A DNA stretch of 37,187 nt from the sequence record SRR20825006_2688. One strand, 5' to 3'. A model generated the notes under the pieces. That model did not search any database, was not told where the DNA came from, and saw only the letters and a program-made list of their open reading frames with translations. Positions 1 to 10,200 of the stretch are shown here, piece after piece. Numbering within the stretch: position 1 is the stretch's first letter; every line of letters begins with the position of its first letter. The translations under genes were made by a program, and so were the position numbers.

Positions 1-83
1 TTAGCCGATGGGCGTTAGCCCCGGTTGGCGCCTGACTAACCGGCGCTAACGCGGTGCGGCTCATTAAATTAACAGCCCGCTAG
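1..83. mobile_element. Right part of a MITE-like/REPIN-like repeat (palindromic core plus terminal inverted repeat)
   Basis: Nested inverted repeats: AGCCG 3-7 / CGGCT 57-61, GCGTTAGC 12-19 / GCTAACGC 45-52, CCGGTT 21-26 / AACCGG 38-43. Bases 1-49 match 37139-37187 at 46/49. Bases 65-83 (TAAATTAACAGCCCGCTAG) are the reverse complement of 37098-37116 at 15/19. Confidence 0.7.
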
Positions 84-110
84 GAAACGATTTGCGGCTA
101 CGATTGTTCC

Positions 111-2450
111 ATGACCAATCCGACTGAACGAGCGATTTTCCTGCAAGCGATCGAGGAAGATAACCCTGACGAGCGGCAGGCTTACTTGGACTCAGCCTGC
201 GGAAGTGACGCTGCGCTCCGGAAGACAATGGAGGAATTGCTCGCCGCTCATGATCAGCCTGCTGCTTTGCTGGATCATCCAATCGGAGCCAACCGCAGCC
301 TCCCATCATTCGCGGCCCCCGCCCCGGCGGAACTCGTCGATCACATCGGCATGCAAATCGGCACTTACACACTCCGTGAACAAATTGGCGAAGGTGGGTT
401 TGGGCTGGTCTTTGTCGCGGAACAAGAAAGTCCGGTCCGCAGACGCGTCGCGTTGAAGATTGTCAAACCGGGTGTGGGATCCAAAGAAGTGATCGCGAGG
501 TTCGAGGCCGAACGACAAGCGGTCGCCTTGATGAATCATCCCAATATTGCCCAAGTTTTCGACGCGGGAGTGACCGCCGATTATCGGCCTTACTTCGTCA
601 TGGAATTAGTACGGGGACTCCCCATCACCGAATTCTGTGACGAAAAACAGATGGACGTTCGCGAACGTTTGAATCTGATGATCGATGTGTGTTCCGCCGT
701 CCATCATGCTCATCAAAAAGGCGTTATCCACCGAGACATCAAACCATCCAACGTCATGGTGACACTGCATGACGATCGGGCGGTCGCGAAGGTGATTGAC
801 TTCGGTGTGGCAAAAGCGCTCGATCAAAAACTGACGGACAAGACGGTTTACACGCGGTTCTTTTCAATGATCGGGACACCGCTTTACATGAGTCCCGAAC
901 AAGCTGAGATGAGCAGCCTGGACGTCGACACCCGAAGCGACATCTACTCGCTCGGCGTTTTGATGTATGAGTTGCTGGTCGGCGCCACGCCGTTTGATCG
1001 CGGCCGTTTGGATTCGGCCGGCTTAGACGAAATGCGGCGAATCATTCGCGAAGAAGAGCCGCCGCGTCCAAGCACCCGGTTGTCGACTTTGACCGCAGAA
1101 CGCATTCGCAGCTTGGGTCTTCAGAACCACGGTGCGGGTGCCTCGCAATCACGAAGTCTGAGTTCCGATCTGCGGGGTGACCTGGATTGGATCGTGATGA
1201 AGGCATTGGAAAAAGACCGGACGCGTCGATACGATTCCGCTGCGTCGTTGGCCAATGACATTCGCCACTACCTCAACGGTGAACCGGTCACCGCCAGACC
1301 GCCCAGCAAATTCTATCAGTTTCAAAAGTTCGCTCGCCGCAATCGCGTGGTCATCGGTACCGCCACCTTGGTCGGCTGCACGTTGGTACTGGGCACTGCT
1401 GCGAGTCTTTGGCAAATGTCGGAGGCCATTCACGAACGCAACGCGAAAGACGAAGCACTCCGTGATGCGATGATCGCGAAAACAGAGGCGATCGCCGCGA
1501 AACAGAAGGTCGAAAGATTCGCGGAAGGTTTGACGGTTGCCAACGAATTGGTCGCCAGCGGCCAAACGCACGCCAACTCAGGACAATGGAAAGAAGCCGC
1601 TCGAGATTTTGACGCCGCGGTTGAAATCCAACCCAGCTACGACTTGCCACGGGTCCAACGAGCTCAGCTGTTTTCTCGATTGCGTCTTTGGCCAGAAGCC
1701 GCTCAAGACTACGCGATCGCACTCGACACCGGAGCGAGAACCTTCCAGCCACAATGGTGGGGCGTCCCGGCGTTGTTTCTTTATCAGGGATACACCGAGG
1801 AATACCGTCAGTTGGCAGAGCAATATCAAACGCAACTGCTGAACGAACCGGAGCGGCCTCATTGGTTGCTCATCCGTGGGTTGGCGGCCAGCGACACGAC
1901 TGAATCGTCGATCGATCGCAAAGCGATTTCGGATTTGGCCCACGTTTGGTTATGGCAACGCGAATTTGAACCGCCCCGGCGTGAGAATCGATCTCGGTCA
2001 TCGGATGATCCTCGAAAGAGAGATTACCTCGGACGACTCCCACCGACCGAGGATTCTCCATTGAGCGTTTGTCAATACAGCACCGGCTTGGCTGAACTTC
2101 GAACTGGCGAGTATGAATCCGCCGCTGAACTGCTTCTAGAAGCTGCGTCCGATCATCGTTGGCCGGCAAGCTACATTGTCGATTCGCCACTGGCCCTTGC
2201 CTATCACCACCAGGGCAACTCTGAACTGGCCCGACAAACCCTGGATCGTGCCTCGCAAAACCTGAAAGAGCAACTCGAGAAACTGCAACGCCCAAGTCAA
2301 ATGGCACGTTCATCACCTTGGTTTGATCTGATCGAAGCATTGTTGCTACATGAAGAGGCGTGCCGGACGATTGCCGACACGCCGTCGACGCTACGTCCCC
2401 AACTCGATCAACTTCGGCAAGCATCGTTGAAGCTGATCGAGCAAGGCTAA
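111..2450 (+). CDS. Hanks-type Ser/Thr protein kinase with C-terminal TPR-like region (planctomycete ECF-associated type)
   Basis: Kinase motifs IGEGGFGLV, VALKIVK, HRDIKPSN, IDFG, GTPLYMSPEQ and SDIYSLGV. N-terminus ERAIF...AYLDSACGSDAALR is typical of planctomycete STKs. A hydrophobic segment follows KFARRNR, then helical repeats. Confidence 0.95.
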   Translation: MTNPTERAIFLQAIEEDNPDERQAYLDSACGSDAALRKTMEELLAAHDQPAALLDHPIGANRSLPSFAAPAPAELVDHIGMQIGTYTLREQIGEGGFGLVFVAEQESPVRRRVALKIVKPGVGSKEVIARFEAERQAVALMNHPNIAQVFDAGVTADYRPYFVMELVRGLPITEFCDEKQMDVRERLNLMIDVCSAVHHAHQKGVIHRDIKPSNVMVTLHDDRAVAKVIDFGVAKALDQKLTDKTVYTRFFSMIGTPLYMSPEQAEMSSLDVDTRSDIYSLGVLMYELLVGATPFDRGRLDSAGLDEMRRIIREEEPPRPSTRLSTLTAERIRSLGLQNHGAGASQSRSLSSDLRGDLDWIVMKALEKDRTRRYDSAASLANDIRHYLNGEPVTARPPSKFYQFQKFARRNRVVIGTATLVGCTLVLGTAASLWQMSEAIHERNAKDEALRDAMIAKTEAIAAKQKVERFAEGLTVANELVASGQTHANSGQWKEAARDFDAAVEIQPSYDLPRVQRAQLFSRLRLWPEAAQDYAIALDTGARTFQPQWWGVPALFLYQGYTEEYRQLAEQYQTQLLNEPERPHWLLIRGLAASDTTESSIDRKAISDLAHVWLWQREFEPPRRENRSRSSDDPRKRDYLGRLPPTEDSPLSVCQYSTGLAELRTGEYESAAELLLEAASDHRWPASYIVDSPLALAYHHQGNSELARQTLDRASQNLKEQLEKLQRPSQMARSSPWFDLIEALLLHEEACRTIADTPSTLRPQLDQLRQASLKLIEQG

Positions 2451-2460
2451 ACGTTCCCGC

Positions 2461-4827
2461 TTACACCAACACGGCAAAGTCCATCCCGCGAAGAGACTCT
2501 TCGCCGTTGCTGACTTGCACGCTGAGCGAACCACTACCAAGCACGGTGTACTCTTCTGATGTCGCCATCTGGATGGTGTACGATCCGGACTCAGCAATGT
2601 CATTGAAGCGGTAGTTCCCACGTTCGTCAGTGACCGCGGTATCGACCACTTCGCCGTTGCTGTCAAGCAGTTCCACCATCACGCCAACCATCGGTTCGGA
2701 GCTGCTGTCATCCCGACGATCGCGCTGGCCGGGCCGGTTGCCGGACTGATCGCGAGCCAACAAATCCACATCCGATTCCGGCACGATCCCGGCGTCCCCG
2801 TCTCGAAGAAGCTGCCCACGGTTGCTGTTTTGTGGCGTTGACGGCTGCTGAGCAACCACCGAACCAGTAATTGTTGGTGAGAAGAAAAACACGTTTTCCT
2901 GCAATGAATCAACGTTGGTGTTGCGAGCGATGATGTCACCCAACGAAGTGTTTTCAATGTCGCGGACTTCGCGATCAGTCATGGTGTTTTCGTACCAGAA
3001 CCGATCGCCATCACGAAGCCTTTCGAATTGATCCGCGATGATGGCTGTCGCGGTTTCGCCCAACGATCCATCCTCGGTATGGTCTTCCGCCAACAAGCCA
3101 ACCCACAGATCGATGTTGTTCACATCTCCGTACAAGGCTTCCAAATTGGCAGCTACGTCGGCATCACTGGTGATTTGATCGAATGAATCAACTGCTTCCA
3201 ATCCATACGCTTCTCGCGTCGAGTTGAAATCAGCCAATCCGTGATCGCGACCACGCTGAATGTTGAGCGATACCAGATCAAATCCGCCGGCTCCGGGAGG
3301 CCCGAACAAGAAGTTCCGCAGGCTATCGACCACCTCCAAATCCACTTCTTGTGACAAGGTCGACGCGGCATATTTCAACAGTGGGTCGATTCCGGTGTCT
3401 TCCAATAGCCCCGATTGAAAAAAGGCATTGGCAAGGGCAATCAACTCGGCCGTCTCGTTGCCATCGTCGTCAACGAATCGGAATTCTTCATTGAGCGTCG
3501 TGTGACCGAACCGGAACGCGGCAGTCGAGAATTCATTGGCAATCGATGGGTCGACGGTTGAGTCGTACCCGGTGTATTCCGCGATCGCGTTTTCACCCAA
3601 CAATGCGGGCAAATATTCGTTCAACGTGATCGACTGCATCTGCGCGATGACGGTTGCCCGAGCTTGTTGGTAGATCTCCTCATCACTGAGCGAAGGATCT
3701 TCCGCAGAGATTTCATCCGCCAATCGGTTGTGTTCTCGCAAGAACAACGCGTGCATGGATGTCAGCACAACGTTCTCGGCTGCACGAATGTCACCCGCCA
3801 GCAGTCCATCGTTTTCATCCGTTGGCAACAATCCGTCGTCCGTAATCAGCAAATGCCCACCGACGAACTCACGCAGTGCATCGGCGGTTTCTTGATCGCT
3901 GCCATAAACTTGCGAACCATCGATCCAAGCCGTGATCGCGTTGACCTGTTCAGCCGGATTGTCGACGGAAGTTCCTGTTCCTTCCGCGAAATCGGAGCGT
4001 GTCAAACCAATCGTGGCTACGCCCGTGTTGAATGGGTCGAAGTAGGCGTCACCTGCGGGTACATCAATGTCAAACGATTCCCCATCGACGTCAGGCGACA
4101 AAGACAAGTCGATGTCATGATCGATGAATTGGCCCCACGCGAAAACGAATGAGCTCAGATCGCGATTGTTTGTGGTTCCATCGGGGTCCGCCGCGGCCAA
4201 CGCGTTGCTGATCTCACGTGCACTTGGTCGGTCTTCACCGCCGGGTTCTGAGATACCGTCGGCATAGTCATTCTCAGCGACCCGCAGTAGCTCCGTATCA
4301 GTCGATCCAAGCTCAGGATTCTCCACCTTGTTGCCTGTTCCATCGATCGATCGGACTTCGTCGGCAACGGAATCTGTTTCATCAGGATTGTCAGGACGAT
4401 CCTGCGGCTGATCATGACCACTGTGGAAGTCGCGATCGCGGTTGAGTCGATTGATCACCATCAATGCATCGAGCGCCGTATCACGACCATCGTTGTTGAC
4501 ATCCGTCATCCGGCCACGGGAAGGACGTGATTGATTGACGCGTTGACCTTCCGCACCTGCGCCATCGGCTCCCTGCAACTGGGAACTGAATCCACTCACC
4601 CCATCACTGTTCATCTGGTTGATGACCGCCAACGCGTCGATCGCAGACACCTGACCGTCTTCGTTGACGTCTTCTGGAAAAGCTTCATTGTGGAACAAAT
4701 TGGCGGCCAACAATTTCCTCGTTTCCAGCGTCTCGGTCCGTAATCGACGCCTCTGCGAACTTCGCCGCCGATTCTTTGAACGAGATGATTGGTGGCCTCC
4801 GATCCAACGATTCCAGAACTTTGTCAT
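2461..4827 (-). CDS. Secreted heme peroxidase of the peroxidase-cyclooxygenase (An_peroxidase) superfamily with dockerin-like N-domain and C-terminal SdrD/CnaB-like domain
   Basis: WGQFIDHD (distal His), GDIRAAEN (distal Arg), AAFRFGHT (proximal His), NIQRGRDHGL. N-terminal RRRLRTETLETRKLLA planctomycete motif and two DVNxDG..A.DAL.VIN dockerin halves. Start moved from 4956 to the ATG at 4827 (MTKFWNRW). Confidence 0.92.
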   Translation of the reverse strand: MTKFWNRWIGGHQSSRSKNRRRSSQRRRLRTETLETRKLLAANLFHNEAFPEDVNEDGQVSAIDALAVINQMNSDGVSGFSSQLQGADGAGAEGQRVNQSRPSRGRMTDVNNDGRDTALDALMVINRLNRDRDFHSGHDQPQDRPDNPDETDSVADEVRSIDGTGNKVENPELGSTDTELLRVAENDYADGISEPGGEDRPSAREISNALAAADPDGTTNNRDLSSFVFAWGQFIDHDIDLSLSPDVDGESFDIDVPAGDAYFDPFNTGVATIGLTRSDFAEGTGTSVDNPAEQVNAITAWIDGSQVYGSDQETADALREFVGGHLLITDDGLLPTDENDGLLAGDIRAAENVVLTSMHALFLREHNRLADEISAEDPSLSDEEIYQQARATVIAQMQSITLNEYLPALLGENAIAEYTGYDSTVDPSIANEFSTAAFRFGHTTLNEEFRFVDDDGNETAELIALANAFFQSGLLEDTGIDPLLKYAASTLSQEVDLEVVDSLRNFLFGPPGAGGFDLVSLNIQRGRDHGLADFNSTREAYGLEAVDSFDQITSDADVAANLEALYGDVNNIDLWVGLLAEDHTEDGSLGETATAIIADQFERLRDGDRFWYENTMTDREVRDIENTSLGDIIARNTNVDSLQENVFFFSPTITGSVVAQQPSTPQNSNRGQLLRDGDAGIVPESDVDLLARDQSGNRPGQRDRRDDSSSEPMVGVMVELLDSNGEVVDTAVTDERGNYRFNDIAESGSYTIQMATSEEYTVLGSGSLSVQVSNGEESLRGMDFAVLV

Positions 4828-5086
4828 CGCGATACCCGTGCGGTTTTCAGAAGAGAAGAGAGAAGGGCAAGCCGCGTCAGCCGAAAGCGACACGCCTCTG
4901 CTTACAGGTACGATTCGCGACACAATGCGCAACACTTCGGACGAGAAAATCCCCACGAATGTCGATGGACATTTTTTTGTTGCAAAAACTTTTCAAAATC
5001 GTCCTCCATTCCTTGGCCCGGTCGCCCCACCGACGACGCATTGGGTTTCAGAACAATCTGAAGTCGATCCAACCCCGAGCCGCCCC

Positions 5087-5734
5087 ATGTCCATTCATAC
5101 ACTTGATCCGTCTTCCACGGATGGCTCCGTCGAGCGGCGCATTGACGAAGTTCGACAAGGAAATCGGCAGTCGCTGGGGGACTTGCTGCAGATGTACCAG
5201 AGCTATCTCAGCCTTCTGGCGCAGGCACAAATTGACGGCCGACTTCGTCGACGGATGAGCGGTTCCGATTTGGTGCAAGAAACCATGTTGGCCGCTCACC
5301 GCGACTTCGATCAATTCCGAGGCAAAACCGAAGGAGAATGGTTGGCGTGGTTGCGGCAAATTCTTAGCAATTGCTTGGGTCATGCCATCGAAAGACACTT
5401 TCACGCCAAGAAACGTGACCTTCGCCGCGAAGTCGCATTGGAATCAATGGCCAAACGACTTGATGACAGCATGGCGAGGCTGTCTCATTTCGTCACCGCC
5501 AAAGGCAACACACCCAGCGAGGACATGCACCAACGCGAGATGGCAGACGCGTTGTCGCTTCAGCTATCAAAGCTGAAAGACAAATACCGAGACGTGATCG
5601 TGTACCGCAATTTGCAAGGGCTGTCGTTTGAAGAGATTGGCAGCTTGATGGATATGAAAACAGGAACCGCTCGAATGACCTGGGTTCGTGCCATCGCGAA
5701 ATTGAAAGAAGTTGCCACTCCGGTCAATCAGTGA
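5087..5734 (+). CDS. ECF sigma-70 factor, planctomycete-specific type
   Basis: Region 2: LGDLLQMYQSYL..LRRRMSGSDLVQET..FDQFRGKTEGEWLAWLRQIL. Region 4: LKDKYRDVIVYRNLQGLSFEEIG..RAIAKL. Start taken at the ATG at 5087; the upstream extension of the ORF overlaps the peroxidase gene. Confidence 0.93.
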   Translation: MSIHTLDPSSTDGSVERRIDEVRQGNRQSLGDLLQMYQSYLSLLAQAQIDGRLRRRMSGSDLVQETMLAAHRDFDQFRGKTEGEWLAWLRQILSNCLGHAIERHFHAKKRDLRREVALESMAKRLDDSMARLSHFVTAKGNTPSEDMHQREMADALSLQLSKLKDKYRDVIVYRNLQGLSFEEIGSLMDMKTGTARMTWVRAIAKLKEVATPVNQ

Positions 5735-5801
5735 GACATCCGGCCATTGATTGACGACTTGTTTCCCTCCACTACTTCTCTTCTTGTCAGAAGGCTTTCC
5801 A

Positions 5802-7061
5802 GTGACCCGATTCCTAGTCGCATTCGTTTGCTTGTTCGCAACATTGAATCTAGCCAACGCCGGAGATTGGCCCGAATTCCTCGGCCCCGCCGGAACCGCA
5901 CACTCCAACGAAGTCGTTCCTACCAACTGGAACGAATCAACCAACTTGGCCTGGAAGGTGGATCTGCCAGGAAGTGGATCTTCCAGCCCGATCATTGTCG
6001 GCAACCGAATCATCGTGACGTGCTATGTCGCCGAGGGTGCCACACCCAAGCGACAAGTGCTGTGCTTCGACAAGAGCACGGGCAAGCCACTCTGGTCTGC
6101 TGACTTTCCAATCGACTACCGCGAAGACGGTTACCAGGGTTACATCACCGAACATGGATACGCCAGCAACTCTCCGGTGACCGACGGAGAGAACGTCTTC
6201 GTCTTTCTCGGCAAAGGCGGTGTTCATTGTCTCGATTTCAACGGCCGAAAAATTTGGAGCGTCGACGTTGGAAAAGAATCCAGCAACCGTCGTTGGGGCT
6301 CCGCAGCCAGCCTGGTCATGTTTGAGAACATGGTCATCGTGAACGCTGCGGAAGAATCCAGCGCCATCTTGGCGTTGGACAAAAACACCGGCAAGGAACT
6401 TTGGCGTCAGGAAGCCGGCATGCTGGAGTTGACCTACGGAACACCTCGCGTGGCAACAACCGCCGGTGGCGATGCCGAATTGGTGATCAGCGTGCCCTCA
6501 GAAATCTGGTCGCTCAACCCCAGGACCGGCAAACTGAATTGGTTCGCCGAATCGCCAATGACCGGCAATGTGTCGCCCTCGGTCATCGTTGACGGCGACA
6601 CCGTTTACAGTTTCGGTGGATACCGCGCGTCCGGTAGCATCGCGGTTCGAGTTGGCGGTGATGATGACGTGACCGACTCTCACGTGCTCTGGACCAACCG
6701 ATCGAGTTCCTACGTTGCGACACCTTTGTTGCACGAGGACCGGTTTTACTGGATCGACGACCGGGGAATCGCTTACTGCACGTCAGCCAAAGACGGCGAA
6801 GTCATTTATCGTGAACGGGTGAACAATCTCGAGAGCGGGCGGCCTGTCTACGCCTCACCAGTCCTCATCGGTGACCAAATCTATGTGGTTACTCGCCGAA
6901 GTGGAACCGTGGTCTATCGACCGGGTGACTCGTTCACGCCGATCGCACAGAACAAGTTCGAATCTGATGACTCGGACTTCAACGCGTCTCCCGCCGTTTC
7001 AGATGGCAAACTCTATTTACGGAGTGATCAATCACTCTATTGCCTTTCCCAAAACGACTAG
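5802..7061 (+). CDS. Secreted PQQ-like beta-propeller repeat protein (BamB-like planctomycete family)
   Basis: Signal peptide followed by DWPEFLGP, WKVDLPGSGSSSP, repeated SP/G..W units and the C-terminal ASPAVSDGKLYLRS..LYC. Likely GTG start at 5802 after GAAGG (ORF open from 5751). Confidence 0.88.
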   Translation: MTRFLVAFVCLFATLNLANAGDWPEFLGPAGTAHSNEVVPTNWNESTNLAWKVDLPGSGSSSPIIVGNRIIVTCYVAEGATPKRQVLCFDKSTGKPLWSADFPIDYREDGYQGYITEHGYASNSPVTDGENVFVFLGKGGVHCLDFNGRKIWSVDVGKESSNRRWGSAASLVMFENMVIVNAAEESSAILALDKNTGKELWRQEAGMLELTYGTPRVATTAGGDAELVISVPSEIWSLNPRTGKLNWFAESPMTGNVSPSVIVDGDTVYSFGGYRASGSIAVRVGGDDDVTDSHVLWTNRSSSYVATPLLHEDRFYWIDDRGIAYCTSAKDGEVIYRERVNNLESGRPVYASPVLIGDQIYVVTRRSGTVVYRPGDSFTPIAQNKFESDDSDFNASPAVSDGKLYLRSDQSLYCLSQND

Positions 7062-7085
7062 CCTTTCGTGTGATCGTATCCGCTC

Positions 7086-7114
7086 AAAACCGCTGAACCT
7101 CCCCGGCAGTTTTT
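7086..7114 (+). terminator. Possible intrinsic terminator after the beta-propeller gene
   Basis: Imperfect hairpin AAAACCGCTG..CGGCAGTTTT ending in a T run, about 25 nt after the stop at 7061. Confidence 0.3.
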
Positions 7115-7257
7115 CGGATGAGCCTTCCGCCCGAAAGTTTGCAGAAGAGTAGGATGTATGTCTGAAATTCACAAACTGGTAGCATGCAGCTTGGGCACGA
7201 TTGTTCGTCGCTTCCCTGACGAACAACGCAAATTGGCGGCATGCGAAACGAGAGCCG

Positions 7258-10200
7258 ATGATGGAGGAAGATCGATCCGCAATTTTGATTGCCGAAAGCA
7301 ATGACCAACGACGAGCATACCTGAAACAGGTCCTCGATCGCCGACACGATTTGGTCACGGTGGATGGCGGCAAATCGGCATGGCAACAACTGACCCAAGG
7401 ACGCTTTGACGCCGTCGTTGCTGGCTTTGATCTTCGCGAAGTTTCCGGCGTCAAACTACTCGCTCAAACTCGTGCCCACGCCGAACTTCGCGGCGTACCT
7501 TTCATCTTGGTCGCGGATGAAGCCAGCCCGGTCGATCCGACAACTTGGCAGCAAGTCTTTGAGTTTGGTCGCAGCGACATTCTGTGCTGTCCGATCAACG
7601 AACACGAACTGCTAGCTCGAATTGACTCGATCATTCGACGAGCGAGGGTGAAGAACGAATCGGCTGACATGCTGCAACGTCAGAAGTCTCGCTTGCAAAT
7701 GGCACTGCTGGCTTCACGAATGGTTGCCGTCGAATGGGACATCTCGGCCGACACGGTTCTCTATTCCGAAAATGCGATTGAGATCTTTGGAATCAAGTTG
7801 TTGTCCGATCACGCGACTGGTCCAACCGCTCGGAAACTCGTTCATCCGGACGATATCGATACGGTCGAGAAGACCATCCGAAACACGCTGCAAGGTTCTC
7901 GCGAATTTCAGACTCAGTTTCGAATCATTCGACCCGACAATGGCGAGATCGTTTGGATCGAGGAACGCGGGTATGTCGCAACTGACACCTCAGGAAAACC
8001 TACCAAACTGATCGCCGTCGCGGTGGATATCACCGCAAGACGCAATGCCGAACAAGCGATCCAGGAACGAGAGCACTACCTGCAAGCGATTTTTGACACG
8101 ACACCAGAATGTATCAAGGTTGTGAAGTCCGACGGCACGCTCACACAGATGAACGCGGCGGGCCTGAAAATGATCGAAGCGAACCCGACCGCCAATGTTG
8201 CGGGTAACTCAGTCTACGAGTTGATCGCCCCCGAATTCCTTGATTGCTTTCGTGAGTTCAATGAGCGAGTTTGCAGTGGCCACAGTGGCGTCTTGGAATT
8301 CGACATCATCGGTTTGCGAGGCAGTCGCCGACACATGGAAACCCATGCGGTGCCGCTTTCACTGACAAGTGGCGAAACCGTCCAGTTGGCGGTCACACGC
8401 GATATCACCGAACGCAAGCGATCCGAAGCCACCCTTCGCGAGAACGAACGACGATTTCGAGCACTCACTCAGGCGACATCCGACATCGTGTTTCGGATGA
8501 ATGCGGATTGGAGCGAAATGGGCATGTTGGAAGGGCGTGCCTTTATCGATAGCACAACCGAACCGAGTCGTTCCTGGTTGGATCACTACTTTCACCCCGA
8601 CGATCAAACCGAAGTTCGAAAGGTTGTCCAAAATTCTGTTGAAAAGCAATCGTTCTACGAACTGGAACACCGCGTCATTCGGATCGATGGAACACTTGGG
8701 TGGATGCACAGTCGAGCGGTCCCGATTCTGGATGACGCCGGCAATGTCGTTGAATGGTTTGGTGCCGGCACTGATGTGACCGAAAGAAAGCAGAGCGAAG
8801 AGTTTCAGCATCGCGCCACGCAAACGCTCCTTACCGTGATCGAGCAATCCCCTCTGGGAATTTACTTGGTCGACGGCGACTTCAAGATCGCACAAGTCAG
8901 TTTGGGAGCGGGACCCGCATTCCAGAACGTCCAACCGGTCATCGGCCGAGACTTTGAAGAAGTGATGCACACGATCTGGCCTCCTGAATTTGCCAGTGAA
9001 GCCGTGCGGATCTTCCGGCACACGCTGAAAACCGGCGAACCGTATGTTTCACCGGGACTGACGGAAAAACGCAAGGACTTGGGCGAAACAGAATCCTACG
9101 AGTGGCAAGTCAATCGCATCACTTTGGCCGACGGCAGTTACGGCGTGGTCTGCTATTTCTTTGACACCACTCGTCTGCAACAAGCCGCGGACGCTCTGCG
9201 TGAGAGCGAGGTTCGATTCCGAATGCTCGCCGACAACATGTCACAACTGGCTTGGACCTGCTGCGATCTGGGCGAGTGCAATTGGTACAACCAACGCTGG
9301 TACGAATACACCGGTTGCACTTTTGAGGAAATGCAAGGTTGGGGTTGGCGACAGGTTCACCATCCCGATCACGTCGATCGAGTGGTCGAACGGATCCAGC
9401 GTGCCGCTACCGCCGGCGAGGTTTGGGAAGACACCTTCCCGCTCAAAGGCCGAGACGGTCAGTACCGTTGGTTCCTCTCACGTGCTGTCCCCATTCGTGA
9501 CGAAGAAGGCACGATCGTGCGGTGGTTCGGAACCAACACCGACGTCAACGAATTGCGTGAGACGCAGCAATTGCTCCACGACGCCGATCGTCGCAAGGAC
9601 GAATTCCTGGCCATGCTCGCACACGAGCTACGCAACCCCTTGGCTCCGATCCGAAGTGGATTGGATCTTCTCGCGATCGCGGATGATGACGAACACCGCG
9701 ATGTCGTTCGAGTGATGCAGGAACAGGTGACCCACGTCGTGCGGTTGGTCGATGACCTCCTCGATGTTTCTCGAATCATGCGAGGCAAAGTTGAACTTCG
9801 CAAGGAACGGATTGAGTTTCAATCGACGGTTCGAAAAGCCATCGATGCAGTCCGCGATGTGATTGAATCTCACGGGCATTCGCTCACGATCACTCTGCCG
9901 GAAGAGACGGTTTGGTTGGAAGCGGATCCGGTTCGTATCGTTCAGGTACTCGAAAACCTTCTCAGCAATGCGACGAAGTACATGGACGGAAGCGGAGCGA
10001 TTGAACTGTCTGCATCCGTGAAGAATGATTCTTTGTTCATTCAGATCAAAGATGAAGGGATCGGCATCGACCAGGAATTCCTCCCGAATATCTTTGAGCT
10101 GTTCGCCCAATCCGATCGCTCGCTCGACCGTTCCAAGGGTGGCCTGGGAATTGGGCTGACGCTTGTCAAACAACTCCTTGAGATGCACGGCGGAAACATC

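Noticed and set aside
4925-4995. Minus-strand TGGGGATTTT..GCGCATTG preceded by A-tracts as the ECF target promoter of the peroxidase
   Set aside because: The position is plausible, but there is no second copy in the window and I have no consensus I can verify for this ECF group.
7191-7208. GGGCACGATTGTTCG upstream of the histidine kinase as a sigma-54 promoter
   Set aside because: The -24 element is good, but the -12 reads TTCG rather than TTGC. Not supportable without data.
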